DNA of 64,000 nucleotides from an uncultured Candidatus Saccharibacteria bacterium. GTDB lineage: Bacteria > Patescibacteriota > Minisyncoccia > RBG-13-40-8-A. The position numbers were made by a program, and so were the translations under genes. This document shows, one piece after another, positions 10,509 to 18,298 of the stretch. Within the stretch, counting starts at the first letter, position 1. Each line of letters opens with the position of its first letter. Under the pieces are notes generated by a model. It had not been told where the DNA came from. It made no database searches and saw only the letters and a program-made list of their open reading frames with translations. The stretch covers positions 170,019 to 234,018 of the forward strand of contig OZ246412.1 in NCBI GenBank assembly GCA_965231075.1, written 5' to 3'.

Positions 10509-10961
10509 ATGGGAAAGAAAAAAGTTATAAAAGAAACAACAGAAGAAGCTTTAAAAGCGGGTGAAGCAACTGATGCCAAAATAAAAGGCAAAAAAGAGGC
10601 CAAAGGTGGTCGTCATTTAGAACAGGCAAAGGTTTATATTCAGGCAACATACAACAATACAATTATTACAATGACCGACACAAACGGAAATGTTATTGCC
10701 AGTGAAAGTGCGGGCGCAGTTGGATTTAAGGGACCCAAAAAAGCTACTCCATTCGCTGCTTCAAGAGTTGTGGAGTCATTAATGAATAAAGTTAATAAAA
10801 CTGGGGTTAGAGAGGTGTTTGTTTTTGTAAAGGGCGTAGGTTCTGGTCGAGAAGGAGCAATCCGAGCGATTGCTGGAGCAGGGCTAGATATTCAGGCAAT
10901 TAAAGACATTACTCCAATTCCACATAACGGCTGTAGACCACCAAAACCTAGAAGAGTATAA
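10509..10961 (+). CDS. rpsK: 30S ribosomal protein S11
   Basis: YIQATYNNTIITMTDTNGNVIASESAG...ATPFAA...GAIRA core with a Lys-rich N-terminal extension. Confidence 0.9.
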   Translation: MGKKKVIKETTEEALKAGEATDAKIKGKKEAKGGRHLEQAKVYIQATYNNTIITMTDTNGNVIASESAGAVGFKGPKKATPFAASRVVESLMNKVNKTGVREVFVFVKGVGSGREGAIRAIAGAGLDIQAIKDITPIPHNGCRPPKPRRV

Positions 10962-10966
10962 AATAT

Positions 10967-11599
10967 ATGTTAAGAGGACCAGTTTGTAAAAAATGTAGAC
11001 GTTCAGGACAAAAACTCTTTTTACGAGAAGAGCGATGTTTTAGCGTAAAATGCGCAATGGTCAAAAAGCCATATGCTCCAGGAATGAAAGCAAAAAAACA
11101 CAAATCTGCCCTATCAGAATATGGTGCCCAGTTGGCCGAAAAACAAAAAATTAAGAAAATCTACGGTGTGACTGAAAGACAGTTCAGAAAATACTTTGAA
11201 GAAGCATCGAGAGTAAAGGGTACTGTTCCAGATATTTTAATTACGAAATTAGAAACCAGATTAGACAATGTTGTTTTTAGATTAGGGATTGCCAATTCTC
11301 GATCTAAAGCCAGACAAATAGTGGGTCATGGTCATATTTTATTAAATAATCACAGAGTTGATATTCCATCAATTCATGTTAAAAAAGGAGATATTGTCGC
11401 AATTAGACCAGAAAGTCTAAAAAAAGTTATTTTCAAGGATCTAGAAGAGAAAATCAAAAAACAAACCATCCCATCTTGGTTATCAATTGAAAACCAAACC
11501 GGAGGAGCGTTAAGGGCAACTGTTTCAGGATTCCCGGAAAGATCACAAGTTGATATCCCTGTTGATTTAGCAATGATTATTGAATTTTATTCAAGATAA
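10967..11599 (+). CDS. rpsD: 30S ribosomal protein S4
   Basis: N-terminal Cys cluster (CKKCRR...C...C), the S4 domain (RLDNVVFRLG...SRSKARQIVGHGHI) and its operon position. Confidence 0.95.
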   Translation: MLRGPVCKKCRRSGQKLFLREERCFSVKCAMVKKPYAPGMKAKKHKSALSEYGAQLAEKQKIKKIYGVTERQFRKYFEEASRVKGTVPDILITKLETRLDNVVFRLGIANSRSKARQIVGHGHILLNNHRVDIPSIHVKKGDIVAIRPESLKKVIFKDLEEKIKKQTIPSWLSIENQTGGALRATVSGFPERSQVDIPVDLAMIIEFYSR

Positions 11600-11640
11600 C
11601 AAATTAATTTATTCGCCGACGAGGCGGATTATATATAAAT

Positions 11641-12408
11641 ATGGAACACAAAATATCTCTGCCGATGAAACCGAAAGTTATTAAAAAAAGCGACAATCGT
11701 GCAATTTTTGAGATAGATAATTGTTATCCGGGCTATGGCATAACCATTGGCAATGCTTTTCGTAGAGTAATTTTGTCGTCTTTGCCAGGTGCGGCCATCA
11801 CTTCGGTAAAAATAAAAGGAGTGAGTCACGAATTTTCTACAATTCCTAATGTCTTAGAAGACGTAATTCAAATAATTTTAAATTTAAAACAAATAAGATT
11901 TAAGGTAAATGCGGACATTTCTTCATTGCAGATTGAATTAAAGGTTAACGGAGAAAAAGAAGTTAAAGCGAAAGATATTAAAACAACAGCAGAAATAGAG
12001 GTTGTTAACAAAGACGCACACATCGCAACACTCACTAGTCCTAAAGCGAAATTGGAAATGGAGTTGGAAATTGGAACGGGACTAGGATATGTGCCGGTTG
12101 AACAAAGGAAAAAAGACAAACTTGAAATTGGCGCAATCGCATTGGATGCAATCTATACTCCCGTAAAGAGGGTTAATTACGAAGTAGAAAACATGCGTGT
12201 TGGAGATAGAACCGACTTTAATCGAGTTAAAATCGACATCGAAACCGACGGAAGCGTTGAACCAGAATATGCCTTTAATCGAGCTGCGGAAATATTGCTT
12301 GAACAATTTGGCGTATTTACGCCCGAAACAGGAACGTTTAAAGAAGAAACAGAAATTAAATCCGAAAAGAAACAAATCAAAAAACAAACAAAAAAGAATA
12401 AAAAATAA
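11641..12408 (+). CDS. rpoA: DNA-directed RNA polymerase alpha subunit, N-terminal (dimerisation/assembly) domain only, 255 aa. There is no alpha-CTD.
   Basis: The alpha-NTD is present (ITIGNAFRRVILSSLPGAAITSVKIKGVSHEFSTI...). The protein ends in a Lys-rich tail and rplQ starts at the next base, so there is no coding space for a CTD. Confidence 0.85.
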   Translation: MEHKISLPMKPKVIKKSDNRAIFEIDNCYPGYGITIGNAFRRVILSSLPGAAITSVKIKGVSHEFSTIPNVLEDVIQIILNLKQIRFKVNADISSLQIELKVNGEKEVKAKDIKTTAEIEVVNKDAHIATLTSPKAKLEMELEIGTGLGYVPVEQRKKDKLEIGAIALDAIYTPVKRVNYEVENMRVGDRTDFNRVKIDIETDGSVEPEYAFNRAAEILLEQFGVFTPETGTFKEETEIKSEKKQIKKQTKKNKK

Positions 12409-12762
12409 ATGAGACATCGCAAAAAGAAACAAAAATTAGGTAGTTCGCCTCATCAACGCAAAGCGATTTTGTGTTCTTTGGCGACGGCGTTGATTTTGAA
12501 AGGAAGAATTTCTACAACCGAAGGTAAGGCGAAAAAAGTTAAACCATTTATTGAAAAAGCAATTACCAGGGCTAAAAAAAACACGCTTGCAGACAGAAGG
12601 TTGCTATTAATGGATTTTAAACCCAGAACAGTTGATAAGTTAATGAAAGATATTGCGCCCAAATATATTAATCAGGCCGGTGGTTATACAAGAATCATTA
12701 AAATTGGCCAAAGAAAAAACGATTCTGCGCCAATGGCTTTTATCGAGTTAATAAGTAAATAA
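12409..12762 (+). CDS. rplQ: 50S ribosomal protein L17
   Basis: MRHRKKKQKLGSSPHQRKAIL...TTEGKAKKVKPFIEK, a typical L17. Confidence 0.95.
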   Translation: MRHRKKKQKLGSSPHQRKAILCSLATALILKGRISTTEGKAKKVKPFIEKAITRAKKNTLADRRLLLMDFKPRTVDKLMKDIAPKYINQAGGYTRIIKIGQRKNDSAPMAFIELISK

Positions 12763-12766
12763 TTTC

Positions 12767-13126
12767 ATGGCAAAAGAATATACAATTGATGCTTCGGGAA
12801 AAAAATTAGGCAAATTGGCAACTGAAATTGCAGTTCTTTTGCGTGGCAAGAATAATACAGATTTTAAGGCCTATAAAGTTAGTGACAACAAGGTTGTTGT
12901 TTTTAACACAGAAAAAATTATATATACAGGGAACAAATTAGAAAATAAAATTTACCGACATCACTCTGGATATCCGGGGGGCGTTAGAGAAATAGCGCTG
13001 AAAGATTTAATTAAAAAGGATCCCAGCGCACCATTAAAGACGGCGGTAAGAGACATGCTTCCCAAAAACACACTAAGAGATAAAACAATTAAAAATTTAA
13101 AACTATATGCCGGAGAAATCAAATAA
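12767..13126 (+). CDS. rplM: 50S ribosomal protein L13
   Basis: IDASGKKLGKLATEIAVLLRGK...HHSGYPGG, typical of the L13 family. Confidence 0.95.
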   Translation: MAKEYTIDASGKKLGKLATEIAVLLRGKNNTDFKAYKVSDNKVVVFNTEKIIYTGNKLENKIYRHHSGYPGGVREIALKDLIKKDPSAPLKTAVRDMLPKNTLRDKTIKNLKLYAGEIK

Positions 13127-13634
13127 AACCAAGTCAATCAGAAAACCCAAGGTGCCTGATCAAGACAATGCTTCAACAGAATCATCTGATTTAGTTGATG
13201 TTTCAACAGAGAGAAAGCTTAAAAAATCAGAGTACATTGAAGCAATTGGCAGAAGAAAGAGGGCAGTGGCTCGCGTTCGACTTTTCACTGTTAGTCCATC
13301 AGAATCGATGGAAGCAGGAAATCTTATAGTTAACGATAAAAACTATAAACAATATTTCCCAACTCAAATTTTGCAACAGACAGTCGAATCTCCGTTTACA
13401 AAATTAAAATCAGCAAATCGATTTTCGGGGACAGTAAAAGTTAATGGTGGTGGAGTTTCTGGACAGGCCGAGGCGGTAAGGCATGGTATTTCTAGGGCAT
13501 TAATTATTTTTGATATTAATTTTAGAAAAAAATTAAAGAAAGCCGGCTTCTTGAAAAGAGATCCTCGAGAAAAAGAACGTCGCAAGTTTGGTCTCAAGAA
13601 AGCCCGCAAAGCCCCACAGTGGTCAAAACGTTAA
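13107..13634 (+). CDS. rpsI: 30S ribosomal protein S9 with a ~40 aa N-terminal extension
   Basis: GRRKRAVARVRL...GGGVSGQAEAVRHGISRAL...KARKAPQWSKR C-terminus. It overlaps rplM by 20 nt. Confidence 0.9.
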   Translation: MPEKSNKTKSIRKPKVPDQDNASTESSDLVDVSTERKLKKSEYIEAIGRRKRAVARVRLFTVSPSESMEAGNLIVNDKNYKQYFPTQILQQTVESPFTKLKSANRFSGTVKVNGGGVSGQAEAVRHGISRALIIFDINFRKKLKKAGFLKRDPREKERRKFGLKKARKAPQWSKR

Positions 13635-13671
13635 CAGAAAACTCAGATTTGTTTTATATGTCGACACATGT

Positions 13672-13701
13672 CAGCCCCGCCAATGCGGGGCTGTTTTGTT
13701 G
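13672..13701 (+). terminator. Rho-independent terminator ending the ribosomal operon
   Basis: CAGCCCCGC-CAAT-GCGGGGCTG hairpin followed by TTTTGTTG. Confidence 0.85.
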
Positions 13702-13750
13702 TCCCTGCCTGCCGGCAGGCAGGTCAGTATACAATAAATCTTCGTTAAGG

Positions 13751-13780
13751 ATTGACAGAGAATACAGTGTTGTGGTATAA
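13751..13780 (+). promoter_or_regulatory. Sigma70-like promoter with an extended -10 (TTGACA-18-TGgTATAAT) for the CAP-sortase-surface protein operon
   Basis: TTGACA at 13751-13756 and TGGTATAAT at 13772-13780. The first plausible ATG (13789) is 8 nt downstream, so the mRNA is leaderless or nearly so. Confidence 0.6.
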
Positions 13781-13788
13781 TGATATAT

Positions 13789-14745
13789 ATGATAAATATT
13801 GTCAAATGGTTTAATAGGATGTTTATTCCCAGCCAAAGAAACGGTTGGAAGCCACAGATTTTTAGACCCAAGAATTTATTTAGGTTAGCTGTGGTTTTGT
13901 TAATTTTAAAATTCATTGCTTTCTCTTGGTTGGCATATTTCCCAAAAACTAGCAATTTCGCTGTTGTCACCGGATCTGAATTAATTGAATTAACGAATCA
14001 AGAGAGAATTGCTAACGGGCTTGAACCTTTGACCATAAACACCAAACTAATTGATGCTGCTACCAAGAAAGCAACCGATATGATAAATCAAGGATATTTT
14101 TCTCATACCAGCCCAAAAGGACTTAGTCCCTGGTATTGGTTTACAAAAGCAGGATATAAATATTTAGCGGCGGGAGAAAACTTGGCTAGAGGATTTAGTG
14201 AAAGTGAGTATGTTCATCAAGCATGGATGAATTCTCCCACACACAAAGCAAACATTTTGAGCAGCAATTATAAAGATATCGGTATCGCCGTAATAAAAGG
14301 AACCGTTAATGGCAAAGAAACGACCATTGCTGTTCAGCTTTTTGGCAAAACAACAACTCAGCAAGTTGCAATAAACACTGTAAAGCCGACCAAAACAAAT
14401 CCGGAACCGATTATATCTCCAGATGCGAACAAAACAGAAACCCCTGCGGTTATTGATATTCCCGTAACCAAGCCGATTGTTCAGGGAGAAGAAGTAGAAC
14501 TATTAAAAGGTCCGGAAGTTTTTAAACAAAGAAGCGTTTTATTTAAATCAGATTTCTGGACGAACACTGTTTTTGTGATTGTTTTAAGCGTTGTAAGCTT
14601 AATTTTAATGCTTAGCTTCTTTATTAATATAAAAATTCAATATCCGAAAATGATTTTAATGGTATTAATTTTTATCGTTCTTTTAGCTGCCATAGCATTA
14701 TTTAATGGGGGAGCATTATTAAACAGTAAAATAGACATTATTTAA
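13789..14745 (+). CDS. Membrane-anchored CAP/SCP/PR-1 superfamily protein (YkwD-like). The start is uncertain; 13780, 13789 and 13819 are all possible.
   Basis: CAP domain motifs (GYFSHTSP, GENLARGF, HQAWMNSPTHKANIL, IGIAV) with an N-terminal signal anchor and a C-terminal pair of TM helices. Confidence 0.7.
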   Translation: MINIVKWFNRMFIPSQRNGWKPQIFRPKNLFRLAVVLLILKFIAFSWLAYFPKTSNFAVVTGSELIELTNQERIANGLEPLTINTKLIDAATKKATDMINQGYFSHTSPKGLSPWYWFTKAGYKYLAAGENLARGFSESEYVHQAWMNSPTHKANILSSNYKDIGIAVIKGTVNGKETTIAVQLFGKTTTQQVAINTVKPTKTNPEPIISPDANKTETPAVIDIPVTKPIVQGEEVELLKGPEVFKQRSVLFKSDFWTNTVFVIVLSVVSLILMLSFFINIKIQYPKMILMVLIFIVLLAAIALFNGGALLNSKIDII

Positions 14746-14746
14746 A

Positions 14747-15364
14747 ATGAAAGAGCTTTTAATTTTTATTTTAATTTTCGCGGCTGTTCTGGGTGTTGCA
14801 ATGCTTGTTTTTAATGGCAGATTTATTTATGCACAAATAAAATACTCTTTTATTGGTCCACCACCAGTTTCTTCTGCTCAACTAAGCTTGCGAGAAACCA
14901 TTGAGTCGATGTTTTCCGATAAAGAATATCTATTTCCTGACAGACTTTTAATTCCTTCTTTAAACATAGAAGCACCAGTAGTTTTGTCGCAAAATCCGGA
15001 AGAAAAAAGCTTGCAAACAGACCTTGAAAACGGAGTAATTTTCCTTCCGGGGTCAACCGCAATAAATGAAAATGGAACCATGGTTATTATGGGACACAGT
15101 TCCGCCTATCCCTGGTACAAAGGGCAATACGGATCCATTTTTGCGCTATTAAATAAACTTAACGTTGGAGACGAAATTATTGTTTTCTCTAAACAAAAAA
15201 GCTTTACTTATACGGTAGAAGGCAAAGAGATTAAGGCACCAAAAGATTTAATTTTTCAAAAAGATAAAAATAATTCGGTTTTGTATTTAGTTAGCTGTTG
15301 GCCGGTAAATACCGCCTGGAAAAGGATTGTCGTAAAAACTGTTAAGGTCCTTGACAAGAATTAG
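14747..15364 (+). CDS. Sortase-family transpeptidase (205 aa, N-terminal membrane anchor)
   Basis: Catalytic triad in context: His in VIMGHSS, Cys in LYLVSCWP (the TLxTC position) and Arg in WKRIVV. There is an N-terminal TM helix. Confidence 0.7.
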   Translation: MKELLIFILIFAAVLGVAMLVFNGRFIYAQIKYSFIGPPPVSSAQLSLRETIESMFSDKEYLFPDRLLIPSLNIEAPVVLSQNPEEKSLQTDLENGVIFLPGSTAINENGTMVIMGHSSAYPWYKGQYGSIFALLNKLNVGDEIIVFSKQKSFTYTVEGKEIKAPKDLIFQKDKNNSVLYLVSCWPVNTAWKRIVVKTVKVLDKN

Positions 15365-15409
15365 TTATTGTGATATACTTAACGCATAATCGTTAAATTA
15401 TTTAAATAT

Positions 15410-17890
15410 ATGAAAAATCTAACATTTAATGAAAATGTAAAGTTTTCAACAACAGCAATGGTTGTTTTAACCAGTGTCTGTGTTTTAATTTCTGTTTTTG
15501 CTGTAATTGGAACTGTTAGTGCGGGCAGTTTGCCTAACGGCTCAAGTTGTTCAATAAATTCTGATTGTTCATCAAATGATTGTGTTTTCGGCACTTGTTT
15601 GGCCCAGCCATATTCGAGTTGTGATTCAACAATTGATTGTACGGGAACAACAGATAATAGCATAATGGGTTGTTATAGTGGACAATGCAAGGGTAGACAT
15701 TTTTATCCATGCGGAGATTATAGAGAAGATCCAGTTTGTGGTTCGGACTTTCATTGTGATATCAGCGGGACCTTGGGATACAATTATTGTGAACAAAACC
15801 ATCCCAAAACTCCAGTTCCTACCTGTTCAATTTCAGCAAATCCAACAAGTATTATTAATGGCAATTCTTCACTTTTAACTTGGACATCAACTAATGCTAC
15901 TTCTTGTACAGCTTCTAATGCTTGGTCGGGATCTAAATCAATCTCAGGAAACCAATCAGTTTCCCCAGGTTCTAATTCAACCTATGCATTAACTTGTACT
16001 GGTGCTGGTGGAACAGTGAATTGTTCTGCTCATGTTACAGTGACAACAGTCGACCAAACCCTTTCTTGTTCCGTAGCCGCCAACCCAAACAATGGAACAG
16101 AGCCATTATATGGTGTTGATTTAACGGCCGATGTTTTTGGTACGGCAACTGGCACAATTAATTATAAATTTGATTGTACTAACAACGGAACATGGGATCA
16201 TGTTTTTGATAATATTTCTAATGATCCTAAAACGGTCACTGATGCCTGTAATTATTCTTCAGCGGGGACATATACAGCAAGAGTAATGGTTGAAAGGGGA
16301 AGTGCGTCTGCAGCCTATTGTCAAACCACGATTAATGTTCAGGAGTCTCATAATCCAGATCCTACATGTTCAATTTATGCAAGCCCAAGTTCAATCACTA
16401 ATGGTAATTACTCAAATTTAAATTGGAGCTCAACCAATGCCAGTTATTGTACAGCTTCTAATGCTTGGTCGGGATCTAAATCAACCTCAGGAAACCAATC
16501 AGTTTCTCCAGGTTCCAACTCAACCTATACATTAACTTGTTATGGTTATAACGGTGGATCAGATACTTGCTCTACAACAGTATATGTTAATAACGACAAC
16601 AATGTTGATTGTTCAATTTATGCAAGCCCAAGTTCAATCACTAATGGTAATTACTCAAATTTAAATTGGAGCTCAACCAATGCCAGTTATTGTACAGCTT
16701 CTAATGCTTGGTCGGGATCTAAATCAACCTCAGGAAACCAATCAGTTTCTCCAGGTTCCAACTCAACCTATACATTAACTTGTTATGGTTATAACGGTGG
16801 ATCAGATACTTGCTCTACAACAGTATATGTTAATAATGTTTATAATAACCCAAACTTAAGAATTGAAAAATTAGTGAGAAATGTAAGCAATAATAACTCC
16901 AGCTTCTTTGACAGCGTTAGCGCTGAGCCGGGAGATGAAATAGAATTTTTGATCAGAGTCACCTCAATTGGAACAAGCAATGCCATTGACGTTAGAGTTA
17001 AAGACGAATTGCCATCGGGATTAAATTATATTAGTGGAACTACGACCATTGACGGTTCTTATTATGGTGATGGAGTGGTTAATGGATGGATTTCGTTGGG
17101 AACCATTTCTCAAAACAATACCCGAGAAATTAAATTCAAAACAAAGGTTAGTTCTTCAATTGGTGGGACTTCAGCCAACTCTTTAATTATTAATGTTGAA
17201 AGTCAAAACACTCAATTATCGAACAATGTTTCACTAAACAAATCAGCAAGAAATGTCACTCGTGGAAATGGAGAATGGGCCAATTCGGTGTCGACTTATT
17301 ATGGCGATGTTGTGGAGTTTTCAATGAAGATTGCCAACAACACCAATAATTCGATTACTAATGTTAAAGTTCAAGAAACAATTCCCGCAAAACTTTCTTA
17401 TGTTGCCAATAGCACAACCGTAGATGGAGCTTATTGGGGTGGAGACGTTATTGGTGCAGGATTAAATTTGGGGACTCTAAGTCCAGGACAAAGCAAAACA
17501 ATAAAATTCAGAGTGGTTGTGACCGAAAAAACTTCTGGGGCGGTTGGTTTGGCGGGACCGGCGACCTTGATTAATACTGCTTACGTGATTGCCAATGGAA
17601 TTTCTCAATTATATGACACGGCAGTAGTTAATGTTAGCGGTGAATCGGGAGACGTTTTGGGTGCTTCAACTGTGATTACGGGTGCTGGTACGTTTGGTTT
17701 GGTCTTGTTGATATGGATGAGCATGCTTGTTGCGTTATGGTTTTATTGTAAGACCAGAGAAACTAAATTATCAGAATATCTTGCTAGAGAAAACGGTAAC
17801 AAACTATTAAAAACAATCATTGGCTTATATTTCAAATTAAGTTTGAGATTGAAGCTTATGACATTGAGATTTAAACAGGTTTATTTGTAA
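15410..17890 (+). CDS. Large secreted or cell-surface protein (826 aa). It has an N-terminal signal/TM, a Cys-rich module, three ~80-aa Ser/Thr/Asn-rich repeats (two near-identical), two DUF11-type conserved-repeat domains, and a C-terminal hydrophobic helix with a basic tail.
   Basis: Repeats are PTCSIYASPSSITNGNYSNLNWSSTNASYCTASNAWSGSKSTSGNQSVSPGSNSTYTLTCYGYNGGSDTCSTTVYVNN x2 plus one diverged copy. DUF11-like segments (EPGDEIEF...VRVKDELPSGLNYISGTTTIDG; YGDVVEFSMKI...ETIPAKLSYVANSTTVDG). C-terminus GAGTFGLVLLIWMSMLVALWFYCKTRE. Confidence 0.75.
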   Translation: MKNLTFNENVKFSTTAMVVLTSVCVLISVFAVIGTVSAGSLPNGSSCSINSDCSSNDCVFGTCLAQPYSSCDSTIDCTGTTDNSIMGCYSGQCKGRHFYPCGDYREDPVCGSDFHCDISGTLGYNYCEQNHPKTPVPTCSISANPTSIINGNSSLLTWTSTNATSCTASNAWSGSKSISGNQSVSPGSNSTYALTCTGAGGTVNCSAHVTVTTVDQTLSCSVAANPNNGTEPLYGVDLTADVFGTATGTINYKFDCTNNGTWDHVFDNISNDPKTVTDACNYSSAGTYTARVMVERGSASAAYCQTTINVQESHNPDPTCSIYASPSSITNGNYSNLNWSSTNASYCTASNAWSGSKSTSGNQSVSPGSNSTYTLTCYGYNGGSDTCSTTVYVNNDNNVDCSIYASPSSITNGNYSNLNWSSTNASYCTASNAWSGSKSTSGNQSVSPGSNSTYTLTCYGYNGGSDTCSTTVYVNNVYNNPNLRIEKLVRNVSNNNSSFFDSVSAEPGDEIEFLIRVTSIGTSNAIDVRVKDELPSGLNYISGTTTIDGSYYGDGVVNGWISLGTISQNNTREIKFKTKVSSSIGGTSANSLIINVESQNTQLSNNVSLNKSARNVTRGNGEWANSVSTYYGDVVEFSMKIANNTNNSITNVKVQETIPAKLSYVANSTTVDGAYWGGDVIGAGLNLGTLSPGQSKTIKFRVVVTEKTSGAVGLAGPATLINTAYVIANGISQLYDTAVVNVSGESGDVLGASTVITGAGTFGLVLLIWMSMLVALWFYCKTRETKLSEYLARENGNKLLKTIIGLYFKLSLRLKLMTLRFKQVYL
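16362..16847 (+). repeat. Two tandem, nearly identical 243-bp in-frame repeats inside the surface-protein gene. A third, diverged copy lies at ~15823-16060.
   Basis: Sequence from 16367 onward recurs with offset 243 (tgttcaatttatgcaagcccaagttcaatcactaatgg...), with only a handful of differences over ~230 bp. Confidence 0.9.
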
Positions 17891-17914
17891 AAGTTAATTT
17901 CTATTCTCGAAATA

Positions 17915-17947
17915 TAAAAAACCGGAGACCTGATCTCCGGTTTTTTA
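17915..17947. terminator. Bidirectional rho-independent terminator between the surface-protein gene (+) and the HTH gene (-)
   Basis: CCGGAGACC-TGA-TCTCCGG hairpin at 17922-17940, flanked by an A-run (17915-17921) and a T-run (17941-17947). Confidence 0.85.
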
Positions 17948-17964
17948 TATTAGCAATAAAACTA

Positions 17965-18180
17965 TTAATAAATATCAATCTTACGATTGCGATTTCTTTC
18001 TTTGCTGATTTCCATTTTTCTTAAGAACATTTCTAGTTGTTCAGTTTTATATACGCGGTAATTATTCAAAGGATGGCGGTATGCTTTTAATTTGCCGTTT
18101 TTATCCCAGTTTCGCAGAGTTAAAGGGGTAACACTCAGAATTTTGGCCGCCTGTTTAATATTGTAATATTTTTGTTGCAT
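17965..18180 (-). CDS. Small MerR/excisionase-family helix-turn-helix DNA-binding protein (71 aa)
   Basis: IKQAAKILSVTPLTLRNWDKNGKLKAYR matches the excisionase/MerR-type HTH. It is a monocistronic unit between a terminator and a divergent promoter region. Confidence 0.65.
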   Translation of the reverse strand: MQQKYYNIKQAAKILSVTPLTLRNWDKNGKLKAYRHPLNNYRVYKTEQLEMFLRKMEISKERNRNRKIDIY

Positions 18181-18298
18181 TTTAATTTTATGTTATAATT
18201 AAAAATAGTTATTAACAGACACTCAATATTACCAAATCGATTTTGTGTTATAATAATATATTATAAGTGATAATTAATTAATTAACAATAATAAATTT

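Noticed and set aside
10346-10603. ORFs on both strands overlapping the rpsM/rpsK junction
   Set aside because: They lie entirely inside highly conserved ribosomal-protein reading frames and have low-complexity translations, so they are spurious.
12197-12412. A Lys-rich 71-aa ORF overlapping the rpoA 3-prime end in another frame
   Set aside because: It is a low-complexity artefact of the AAA/AAG-rich region that encodes the RpoA tail. It has no independent start context.
16362-16847. Could the tandem repeats be a CRISPR array?
   Set aside because: The repeat unit is 243 bp, the copies are contiguous with no unique spacers, and they lie in-frame inside a coding sequence. There are no cas genes. 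It is a protein-coding tandem duplication.
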